This document shows positions 9,801 to 17,112 of a stretch of DNA of 20,000 nt, piece after piece (position 1 is the first letter of the stretch; every line of letters starts with the position of its first letter). The notes beneath the pieces are model-generated. The model was not told the DNA's origin and did no database searches. It saw nothing but the letters and a program-made list of their open reading frames with translations. The position numbers and the translations under genes were made by a program. Source of the stretch: Candidatus Zhuqueibacterota bacterium (GTDB lineage: Bacteria > BS750m-G25); the NCBI GenBank assembly GCA_016783505.1, contig JADHWK010000001.1:177336-197335 (forward strand). Direction: 5' to 3'.

Positions 9801-11855
9801 CCCGTTCCCCATACTCTCCCCCAGGGAATCATCGTCCACCGACTGGGCCCAGTAGCCCAGAAAGAGGTCACTGTCCACTACCATGGCTTGCCCTAAGTAA
9901 GGGATGAAGTTGTGCTTGGTCACCGTAACCCACAGTGTGCCCGCCGAGACCGGGTTGAAATTTAGTGCAAGTTGGCCATCCTGGGAAGTCAGCCCCCGGG
10001 CATAGATCCCATCTTCCTCCTTCATCAGGCAGATGTGGGCATCCTCTAAGGGTGCTCCCTGATCGGTCACCGTTAGTGTAAGGGTATTCGACCCCGCCGG
10101 TACTGCGGGTGGATGTGCCACCCCCAAGGGCTGGGGAATGTCCGTCCATACCTGAAGCCCCGGGTCCCCCATCAGGTTATTCCAGTATGAATAGTCAGTC
10201 ACTGCACCGGGATCGGTGGGGCAATTGAGGTACAGGGCTAGTTTACCCCTGAAAAGCGCCGCCCCAATGGCGTAAAGCTCCTCATCGAAAATCCCATAGT
10301 AGATACCCATATCAAGACAGTTGTTGAACCGGGTATGGGTGGAAAGGGTGGCAGAACCGATGCAGGCCACCGCCCCCTTGGGGGTATAGGGGGAGCCCAC
10401 CCGGACAAAATATTCCGACTGATCAGCCCCAGAACCGACGAAATCCCCCGTTCCGCAGGTGATAATCGTAACCACGGGCAGCATGAATCCATTGGTCAGC
10501 ATTGCGATGTCATCGTTGCCAAATCCTTCCATCCCCAGCCAACCCCGATAATTGAAGAACCCCACCCCGTTATTGATGGCATTGCGAATAAAATCGGGGA
10601 CCGACCCCCCCATCGTGTACCACAGGGTATCCACCCTGGAGTAGCCGTGGGTCAGCATCCGCTGTTTAACATAACGTTTGGTATGGATGGTGGAGGTACC
10701 CGAGTGCGAGGAACCAGCCACCAGCACCGCCCGTTTGTACCACCCAGTCTGACCCATGTAGGGAGTTTTTTCGTAATATAGAATTTTGTTAACAATGGTG
10801 AGCAGTTCACCCAAGGAATTGACTGACAGCCGACCCACGAAGGCATCGGCCAGGATATCCCCGCCCTCGAGCTGGACGTAGGGGTGGTCGCTGGTGGAAT
10901 TGGCGGCGGGCACCGAATAGCTCCCCACCTGGGAGCTAGAAGCATCCCCCACCAGCACAATAAATTCAGGGGGGGACTCCCAGCTATCATAGGCCTGTTG
11001 AATGAAACTCTTGATAATATAATAACTGGTGCCGAAGGGAAACCTCTCAACGACCACCGAATGACCCTTCTTCCGTTTCCAATCCACCAAGGGCTGGATG
11101 GCATTCAAAAGATCAGGCTGATCAGGACAGATGAAAAGATAGCTTCCCTTCTCCGTTTCCTCATCAACCGCTGATGGTTCATAATTAAGAACGACATTCC
11201 GGTATAGCTTGGCAAAAGATTCAGAATACCTAGGCCGAACTCTTTCCTTCTCGTTAACGGTGCTGGTTCCAGAAAATTCCAGTTCCACCCGCAGGGTATG
11301 GTTGAACCGGATCTCCCCCGTAGAGGGGTTCACCTGGAACGGGTAGAAGGTGAGGGGAACCACCCTTAAGTCCCTGAGGATGGCCGGATCCCCCATCCTG
11401 ACGGTCTCCGAAGGATAAAAGGCGTCTTCAGAATAGTTGATGATGAGGGGATCGCCCTCCTTAAAATCGGGGGATTGGGCCGGGAAGATGCGAAAGCCCC
11501 TTTCTACGGTGTGATGGACAACCACATTTTTAATGCGCACCCCAGCCCTCGGGGGGATGGCGATCAGCCGTGTCACCACCGGCAGCTCGGGCTTTCCCAC
11601 CTCTATCAGGGACCCTTCCCGCCCCAGTTCAAGCACGGTAAAATCCTCACCATCCACCCTGAAGGATTCAACCCCAACCCCCGGGATCTGGGCCTCCACC
11701 ACCAATCCCGTTTCATCGGATGAAACCACCCGGGCCACCGGCTCGGTTCCACCGACGTTTGCGGGCAGGGAAAGCCATTCAGCCCGAACAGAAATCGAAG
11801 CCCATAAAATAACAAAACTGATGAGAAAAAAAGTTCGAGAAATCCTCCTCACCAT
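6876..11855 (-). CDS. Gingipain-like peptidase C25 family multidomain protein with T9SS C-terminal sorting domain (paralog B)
   Basis: Same N-terminal layout as paralog A (LVDWKRKKGH, PEFIVLVGD, FVGRLS, FFNYRGW, ITCGTGDF), then a carboxypeptidase-regulatory-like domain (GALRGRVTDLETGEPLPRARV), a propeller-like segment (RDLAWDGEYLY, RAIAYDP..DHFWVS) and QNYPNPFNPET...KLLLIK. Start placed at ATG 11855 (MVRRISR, purine-rich SD, normal signal peptide); track start is 11885. Confidence 0.88.
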   Translation of the reverse strand: MVRRISRTFFLISFVILWASISVRAEWLSLPANVGGTEPVARVVSSDETGLVVEAQIPGVGVESFRVDGEDFTVLELGREGSLIEVGKPELPVVTRLIAIPPRAGVRIKNVVVHHTVERGFRIFPAQSPDFKEGDPLIINYSEDAFYPSETVRMGDPAILRDLRVVPLTFYPFQVNPSTGEIRFNHTLRVELEFSGTSTVNEKERVRPRYSESFAKLYRNVVLNYEPSAVDEETEKGSYLFICPDQPDLLNAIQPLVDWKRKKGHSVVVERFPFGTSYYIIKSFIQQAYDSWESPPEFIVLVGDASSSQVGSYSVPAANSTSDHPYVQLEGGDILADAFVGRLSVNSLGELLTIVNKILYYEKTPYMGQTGWYKRAVLVAGSSHSGTSTIHTKRYVKQRMLTHGYSRVDTLWYTMGGSVPDFIRNAINNGVGFFNYRGWLGMEGFGNDDIAMLTNGFMLPVVTIITCGTGDFVGSGADQSEYFVRVGSPYTPKGAVACIGSATLSTHTRFNNCLDMGIYYGIFDEELYAIGAALFRGKLALYLNCPTDPGAVTDYSYWNNLMGDPGLQVWTDIPQPLGVAHPPAVPAGSNTLTLTVTDQGAPLEDAHICLMKEEDGIYARGLTSQDGQLALNFNPVSAGTLWVTVTKHNFIPYLGQAMVVDSDLFLGYWAQSVDDDSLGESMGNGDGVLQAGETVELVVWLKNFGAQDSSGEVSAVLGTTSPWVTLIDTVETYGGLGPGDSAACADDFDFIISPSCPNGYQLPFDLTINDADCTWVSALEIPVFAPELRVGGHTFIGGGGTLDPGEVLELTVTVANQGPVGVSSVTGRLLSQDPFVTIPDPIGVFGAIPSGGVATNTQDHFQVAANALTIRGHQTTLFISLAAEGGFSDTVSFSIQVGTVGQQDPLGPDSYGYYAFDNTDSDYEVAPEYQWIEIDPNYGGVGSLIPLSDYGNEQDDVEIVDLPFPFQYYGHRYTRVSICSNGWLAMGSCSIPFFRNWGIPGAPGPDGMIAPFWDDLELGGGGVYCYHDPVNNWFVVEWSRVRTEYSNDLETFEVILYNPVSYPTPSGDGDILFQYETVNDVPGRYSDNDYATVGIESPSQADGLEYSYFHVRPLTASPLIAGRAIKFTTEINFLRGALRGRVTDLETGEPLPRARVRALGDVYFGITDSSGFYFIPDLLVKNYQFEAHLEGYNPLIQGVEITVDDTAALDFALTHPEVWVDSDSLTMVLAQGQSQEVAFTLSNPGNGPLEYRVGVHFQPDTGGAAGIPWDQEFSFDGGSPTGDGRLLGAAFVGKKFYVSGANNSAQPNYVYIFDLDGNYLDFFEQPGGSAGWGFRDLAWDGEYLYGSFGSTLTVFDTLGNFIGEIPSPVHPARAIAYDPGMDHFWVSGVNTDIYVIDRSGTVLRQYPSNLRIYGLGWQPEDEEGFNLYVFSKDGGDPGLQVSKMDTSTGEIRVVTHLAGFSGEHAGGAEITDEWAHSRWVMVVIIQASSDRVEGYHAGYHMDWISVSPRDGILPGGESHPIQVNFDTENWGVGEYRAQIRISHNALGDTVVIPVRLTITPVGVDEGDGHALPKVFTLGQNYPNPFNPETVIRYQIPVPSHVSLKIYNILGQEVAVLVEKDKAPGYYRVRWDGTVWPSGVYFCRMKARDFTQNRKLLLIK

Positions 11856-11868
11856 TCCTCTTCCTTTC

Positions 11869-12891
11869 TCAGTTATCCCATGCAATAATCAACAACCCCT
11901 GATCCCGGTCGGCCAGGTAGATATATTCTTCGTCAACAAAAACATCGTTGGCGTATGGGGTATTCAAAAAACCTACAAGGATAGGATTTCTAGGATCCAA
12001 AATATCACAAACCTTCATCCCCCCCCGACGACAGGCTAAAAAGGCTTTCTTATCTTTAACTACAATTCGATCCGCATAAAAATTATACTCGTTGGTATCG
12101 TAACCCCCCACTAAGACCAGTGAATCAAGGTTAGAAATATCAACTACCTGAAGCCCTGCCCGACCGCAGGCAATAAAAGCAAAGGTGGAATCCACCCACA
12201 CATCCCGAGCTGACCCAGGCGTATCTACGGAACTTAAAAGCACGGGGGAATCTATATCCGACTCATCAATGACCGCTAAACCGTTTTGTTCCATTGCTAC
12301 ATAAGCATAGGGGAACTTTACGAAAAAACCCCGGGTATTCCAATCTAATCGTATAAAATTTCCTTTTATCTGCCACCAGTTAAGAACCCCAAATTGTTCA
12401 TAATAGGCGAACCAATGTATCCCAAAACCATCGGATAAATCAGAGGCCGCCACTACAACCGTATCCATCTTCTCCTCAACAATCTTAATATCTTCTATAT
12501 CCCGATCATAAGCATTGCCAACAGAATAGATGGAATCCAAATAGCTATAAAATTGTGCCTGGTTTTCAGTTACCACTATGAGGGTTTGGTTCAAGTGAGA
12601 GCCAGTTATTCCACTAACATCAGAGGTGTCAATAGTAAAAAAGGACGTGTCAAGGGTGGGATGGTATGGATTAGAAACGTTAAAAATTTCCACCCCCCCT
12701 TGATCCTCAGCCACAAAGATTGTATCCCCCAACACGACTAATTCTTGAGCATACCCACGTGTCATGGTTTCACTAATTACATTAAGTACAATTTCTGCAG
12801 AATCGGTGGGGGATCTACGCTTCCCACAACTATGCAGACCTAAGGTTAATATAATAAAAAATATTGACAAAAAGTGTGATTTTTTTAACAT
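11869..12891 (-). CDS. LVIVD-repeat beta-propeller lipoprotein
   Basis: Lipobox-like LGLHSC after a basic/hydrophobic N-terminus; repeats GGVEIFNVSNP, GLAVIDESD, GLQVVDISN, GMKVCDILDP, GLLII, each preceded by a YAYVA/FAFIA/YIYLA-type strand. Confidence 0.85.
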   Translation of the reverse strand: MLKKSHFLSIFFIILTLGLHSCGKRRSPTDSAEIVLNVISETMTRGYAQELVVLGDTIFVAEDQGGVEIFNVSNPYHPTLDTSFFTIDTSDVSGITGSHLNQTLIVVTENQAQFYSYLDSIYSVGNAYDRDIEDIKIVEEKMDTVVVAASDLSDGFGIHWFAYYEQFGVLNWWQIKGNFIRLDWNTRGFFVKFPYAYVAMEQNGLAVIDESDIDSPVLLSSVDTPGSARDVWVDSTFAFIACGRAGLQVVDISNLDSLVLVGGYDTNEYNFYADRIVVKDKKAFLACRRGGMKVCDILDPRNPILVGFLNTPYANDVFVDEEYIYLADRDQGLLIIAWDN

Positions 12892-12956
12892 TACATCATA
12901 AATCTAAATACTGTAAATAATTATGCATAAATAGATTGAATTACAAATCGAGGAGG

Positions 12957-12993
12957 GTCATTCTGAATCCGGCAACCGCCGGATGAAGAATCT
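12957..12993. repeat. REP-like hairpin
   Basis: GTCATTCTGAATCCGGCAACCGCCGGATGAAGAATCT: inner stem ATCCGGC/GCCGGAT and outer ATTCT/AGAAT. Intergenic, just after the barrel stop. Confidence 0.65.
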
Positions 12994-13036
12994 CTCTTTC
13001 ACGATAAATCGGGATCAGAGTAACCTAAAAGGGCTA

Positions 13037-14128
13037 TCATAGTGAGTAACTAAATTCCAACGAATAGCGATGGTTGGAGAACTCTTTTAAGTCCACCACC
13101 CAGGGGTAATCGGAAATCACCTCCCGACATTCGAAAAAGTATTCCAACCGCCCCTTCAGCCTGGGAAAGGGACGGGTTTCCAGTCCCAGCACGATCCGAC
13201 CCCTCCGGTTATGGCGACCCGCATGCAGAGAGTCTTCGAAGGGGTGGGCTTCAGAGGAATAATACCGCAACCTGAGACGATAGGCAGCATCCCCGTAAAA
13301 TTTATACGTCAAAATCCTAAAATAAGGGGGACGAATAGAGGCTTTAAACGTATCCTGAACAAAAGAAAGATCCGCCGACCCCGAGGGCGGGGACGGATCA
13401 CGGCCGATGTTATCGGCCTCCTGATAACAATAATCCAATCCAACCCTGAGGCCCTTTAGCAACCACATGGTAAATTTACATCCAAAGATCTGAGAGATAG
13501 TATCATATTCGGTAAAATCCGAATTGTAATAAAGCTCTTCTCGCCGGAGGTAAGCCCCCACCTCCAGCCTTTTCCTGAATCGCCAGTACAGCCCCCCAGT
13601 GTATTGGTTTTCGGTAAAATCACAGGCTCGATAAACCCTGGGATCACCAGAAAATAATGCCACTCGGTCGATATCCTGGTAATGCCTTAAATAGAAGGAG
13701 GGGATATAGAAATATTGAACCTTAAGGGAAAACCCGGCCCCCAAATCCTGTTTTGCCCAAAAAGTATAAGTCTGATAATCCTTGATGGAGTTGATAAGGT
13801 AAGATTTGTGTTTGGCCCAAAATTGCACCTGTGTTCTTCCCGGCAGCCCCAGAGACCATTCCCACCTGAGCCGCAATCGAACGGTGGTAGCCAGATCATC
13901 ATAAGTCTCAATTACCGAAGCATACCTCCTGGTGTTGTTAACGAAGTGATCGCGGTCGGCATCAGAATAGCGGAGAATATTGTCGTCGTAACCGATTCCT
14001 ACTCCCATCTGGATTCGGGGAATCAGGGGGTTAGTCCCGGCAAAAATGGATACAGCAGGGAACAAAATAGCGAAAGCTACAATCCATTTTCTTTGCACTA
14101 CAATCGTTTTAGAGTGAATTTTTCGCAT
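13037..14128 (-). CDS. Predicted outer-membrane beta-barrel protein, Arg-rich
   Basis: Signal peptide ending ...AVSIFA; first strand GVGIGYDDNI; many alternating amphipathic strands (RLRLRWEW, FSLKVQYFY, LRVGLDYCY, LKGRLEYFF); C-terminal beta-signal-like YSLEFSYSL. Confidence 0.75.
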   Translation of the reverse strand: MRKIHSKTIVVQRKWIVAFAILFPAVSIFAGTNPLIPRIQMGVGIGYDDNILRYSDADRDHFVNNTRRYASVIETYDDLATTVRLRLRWEWSLGLPGRTQVQFWAKHKSYLINSIKDYQTYTFWAKQDLGAGFSLKVQYFYIPSFYLRHYQDIDRVALFSGDPRVYRACDFTENQYTGGLYWRFRKRLEVGAYLRREELYYNSDFTEYDTISQIFGCKFTMWLLKGLRVGLDYCYQEADNIGRDPSPPSGSADLSFVQDTFKASIRPPYFRILTYKFYGDAAYRLRLRYYSSEAHPFEDSLHAGRHNRRGRIVLGLETRPFPRLKGRLEYFFECREVISDYPWVVDLKEFSNHRYSLEFSYSL

Positions 14129-15032
14129 CTTCTTCTGGAATCATAACCCTGACCAGAACGCTCCTATCCGGGTCCAACAGCTTAATCTGGTAGGAGTGCT
14201 TCCTCTTGGGAACGTTGACCAAAAAGAACCTTCCTTTCCCGGGAATCTTATCCTTTTCTGTAAGATATTCCGTTACCTTGGATCGAATCGTGCGTAATGG
14301 ATAGGTGGCAATGACCTTCCCATTCTCCGACAATTGAATCCGATATTTCTTCTCTCCTCTCATCCGGTAGTCAAACTCCAACCGGGTCATCACCTTAAGG
14401 ACGGTGGGACCGATGACTCCTACCCGAAAGGGGTCCTCCGGGGTCAGCCGATAATAGATGAGTTCCTCCTCCCGATAGCTCAAGGATATCGGGTCCCCAT
14501 GCTCGGCGGGTGTGAAGGCTATAAACTTAGCCCCTTTCCGCTCCAATTTTTCCCAGAACCGTAGCAGAACTGGAATACCCTGAAGCTCCTCAAGATAAAA
14601 AGCGTAGGTATGCACCCCACTGGGAACCCGAATCTCAGTATCAGTAGCCCTGCCGATGGGTATCTTCTTTCCTAAGGATTTGACCTTATTAGTCTTTCGG
14701 GAAACGGTCTCTATCTTATATTTCTTCCGGCCATCGTCCTTTCGATAAAAATAGGAATTTTTCACCTTTCCCCCCACTCCCCTGTACAGCATGGGTCGGG
14801 AGCGGATTTTAAGCCGCGCCGGGCCCATCAACTCCACCACTACTGGCTTACTGACCTGAAGGGGGTAATAAGTGCGTTTCTTCCCTTGAATGATGAGGGT
14901 CTCTTTCTTTGTCCATTCCCGGGGCCTCACCAACTTCCATTTTGACTTTGCCAGCGGAGCTCCAGGGGTCATCAGACCGGCCCACATGAGAAGAAATATC
15001 CCGACAAACAAGCTCTTTTCTATCCTTCCCAT
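14109..15032 (-). CDS. Exported, strongly basic hypothetical protein with two tandem homologous domains
   Basis: Start ATG 15032 has an AGAGGA SD and a signal peptide (track start 15092 also possible). Internal repeat YYPL..GPARLKIRSR..VPSGVHTY..VLLR vs YYRL..GPTVLKVMTR..VPKRKHSY..VLVR. Overlaps the barrel gene by 20 nt. Confidence 0.8.
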   Translation of the reverse strand: MGRIEKSLFVGIFLLMWAGLMTPGAPLAKSKWKLVRPREWTKKETLIIQGKKRTYYPLQVSKPVVVELMGPARLKIRSRPMLYRGVGGKVKNSYFYRKDDGRKKYKIETVSRKTNKVKSLGKKIPIGRATDTEIRVPSGVHTYAFYLEELQGIPVLLRFWEKLERKGAKFIAFTPAEHGDPISLSYREEELIYYRLTPEDPFRVGVIGPTVLKVMTRLEFDYRMRGEKKYRIQLSENGKVIATYPLRTIRSKVTEYLTEKDKIPGKGRFFLVNVPKRKHSYQIKLLDPDRSVLVRVMIPEEDAKNSL

Positions 15033-15118
15033 AATTCTATTCCTCTGTATTTTAACGTCTTCGGAATTTCTAATTGAGAATATTTTTAGCATTATTTAAA
15101 CATAATTCCAATTGTCCC

Positions 15119-15400
15119 TTAACCTCGAATTGGCGTCAACTTAACGAGTGAAGTCAAATAATTCCCTCTTTTTTAAAGGGGGATTACCACGTAAGTGCAG
15201 CGATAGCCGCCCTTAATGGGGTTGGCTTACGCCAAGGGGGATATTAAAATTTCTCATTCTTTCAATGCAAAATATACCAACATCAATTAGAAATCCCCAC
15301 TCACCCCCCTTTAGTAAAGGGGGGGAATAACTAACTTACCCTCAGGCTGCCGCGCATGCGTAACTTCGGTGTGATCCTAAAAGTCAGGATTTAACCTCGA
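15119..15400. mobile_element. Composite REP/MITE-like intergenic insertion bounded by a 10-bp direct repeat
   Basis: TTAACCTCGA at 15119-15128 and 15391-15400. Inside are two oppositely oriented CCC(C/T)CTTT-n-AAAGGGGG hairpins (~15161-15185 and ~15291-15328). Confidence 0.5.
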
Positions 15401-16537
15401 TCACAGCAGGCTATCCGGCTCCACCCCTTCCCTTTGCAACCGATGAACCCGATGGCCCGAATAAACCACGCCACCCAGGGCCGAAAGCAGTATCAACAAC
15501 GCCGCCCAGGTGACCCTGGGATCATATTTCTCGTCCGCAAAAATCTTCCCTTCCCCCACTTCGGGGAGGGGAACCGGGGCGATCGGTAGGCCATATTCAG
15601 AAACAATTCGGTTGATGTTCAGGATGTGAATAAGGGGAATCCCCTGTTCAGCCAGGCGGATCATGGCGCCCTTGAGCGGATAGTTCTTCATCTCTAAGTT
15701 CTTAGTCACCCCCGACCGGATCAACCGTCCGTTGATGGAATGTCCCAGGCTGCCCGCCCCGCCCCCCACGTTGATGTAGACTTTAATTCCCCTTTTCCCC
15801 GCCAGTTTACGGTAAATACGCAATCTCTCTTCAATGTTCTCCTCGAGGCTCTTGTTGTGGATCAGCGGCAATTCATTCCTCTCCACCGCCTGTCGGAGCA
15901 ACACCCTCCCCTGGACGGTCAACCGTCTCCCCATATCCTGCCCTCCCCCTAAGGAAGCAGCCGCCGAACGGATCGAAAAAATCCCCTTTTCTACCAACAA
16001 ATGCTCCATATCCAGCCAAGTGAAATGGGGATCGTTGGCCCCCCACTGAGAAGCCCCCACCGATGTGATAATAATGGGCACGATGTCCAACACCTCGCTG
16101 GCGGCCAGCACGGCGAGGTTAGCCCCCGGCATGGAACCGGTTAAGGCAACTGCAATTTGATCCCCCGGCCCCAGACCCACCTCCTTCATCATCTGCACCA
16201 CCACGGCGGCAAAGTTTGGGTTGAGCACGGTCAGTTTGGCGTCCAGCAATCCCCGATCGGTGGTGATGGGGGTGTACTGCTCCCCGATTAGAGCGGTCTG
16301 ATTGGGATCGTTTACCTGATCAATGAAAACCCCCTTTTCCAACCGCACTTGACGGATGAGGTCTCCGGCCCTCTTCATCAATTCAGCAGCCGTCAGTTTT
16401 TCTTCGAAGTAGGACCTCCTCACCATAACCGGGGAGTTCAAAGCCCATAACAACAGAAGGACAGCCAGCACCGCCAGGCCGATCAGCGTCCACACCGACT
16501 GAATGGTGGGTCTATACATTGATCTAATCTTTGGCAA
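15401..16537 (-). CDS. pgsW: Poly-gamma-glutamate system protein (PgsW, TIGR04332-like)
   Basis: Motifs LIGEQYTPITTDRG.LDAK.T..NPNFAA, TGSMPGANLA, SVGASQWGAND and YINVGG; N- and C-terminal hydrophobic helices; follows pgsB-pgsC. Start may be ATG 16519. Confidence 0.85.
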   Translation of the reverse strand: MPKIRSMYRPTIQSVWTLIGLAVLAVLLLLWALNSPVMVRRSYFEEKLTAAELMKRAGDLIRQVRLEKGVFIDQVNDPNQTALIGEQYTPITTDRGLLDAKLTVLNPNFAAVVVQMMKEVGLGPGDQIAVALTGSMPGANLAVLAASEVLDIVPIIITSVGASQWGANDPHFTWLDMEHLLVEKGIFSIRSAAASLGGGQDMGRRLTVQGRVLLRQAVERNELPLIHNKSLEENIEERLRIYRKLAGKRGIKVYINVGGGAGSLGHSINGRLIRSGVTKNLEMKNYPLKGAMIRLAEQGIPLIHILNINRIVSEYGLPIAPVPLPEVGEGKIFADEKYDPRVTWAALLILLSALGGVVYSGHRVHRLQREGVEPDSLL

Positions 16538-16544
16538 ATTTAAA

Positions 16545-16611
16545 ATCCTGAAGGTTTGGGACTAATCCCGAATATTCGGGATAGGATTTGTTTGTCCCGA
16601 ACCTTCGGGAT
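16545..16611. repeat. Cluster of three 18-bp palindromic REP-like units
   Basis: ATCCTGAAGGTTTGGGAC (16545-16562), perfect palindrome ATCCCGAATATTCGGGAT (16565-16582), GTCCCGAACCTTCGGGAT (16594-16611). Units 1 and 3 are inverted copies with 2 mismatches. Confidence 0.75.
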
Positions 16612-16671
16612 GGGATTTGGAGCTTGTGATTTATAGATTTTGATTATTTTGTGAAATTTAAGCATGTATTT

Positions 16672-17112
16672 CTACCCCCCTCCGAAGATGAGCATGAGTA
16701 GAAGTTTCACCAGAACTGCGGTCACTGTGACCACCGATAAGGTTCGCACCACCCCCTGTTGTTCCATCCACGAGGCGATCAGTCCCGGTATGATAAATCC
16801 CACCGCCTGCATTCGGATATCGAGGTCGAAGAAGGCGTAGAACCTGAGCTGCCGGCTTAGGTAGCCGTAGAGAAACCCCAGCAGGATGGCCATCACCAGC
16901 CGCCGCTTGCCGTAGATAAAGATAAATTTGGACAGCAGCTTGATGGTTAAAAAGGCCAGATAGGCCACGGCGAAGGTGCCCGCTACCCGCAGGGGTTCTT
17001 CTAAATGAAGGGCAATATATCCGGGGACTACTATCCCCCCGGCGGTGACCCCTAATACCTCGCCCAGAATAAGGCTGAAGAAGACCCCAAGACCGATGGC
17101 CACCTCGATCAT
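16672..17112 (-). CDS. pgsC: Poly-gamma-glutamate synthase membrane subunit PgsC/CapC
   Basis: Hydrophobic ~146 aa with G.TAGGIVVPGYIAL, IYGKRR and GFIIPGLIA.W..QG signatures. ATG 17112 overlaps the pgsB stop (ATGA). Confidence 0.93.
   Translation of the reverse strand: MIEVAIGLGVFFSLILGEVLGVTAGGIVVPGYIALHLEEPLRVAGTFAVAYLAFLTIKLLSKFIFIYGKRRLVMAILLGFLYGYLSRQLRFYAFFDLDIRMQAVGFIIPGLIASWMEQQGVVRTLSVVTVTAVLVKLLLMLIFGGG

Noticed and set aside
1725-11855. Naming the C25 genes rgpA/rgpB/kgp or porU
   Set aside because: Domain architecture differs and the catalytic His motif is missing; only family-level assignment is supported.
12892-13036. Riboswitch or ncRNA upstream of the LVIVD gene
   Set aside because: Only one REP-like hairpin and AT-rich sequence are visible; no conserved RNA-family motif recognised.
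16545-16611. Repeat cluster as a mini CRISPR array
   Set aside because: Units are 18 bp, separated by only 2 and 11 nt, in mixed orientation, and no cas genes are present.
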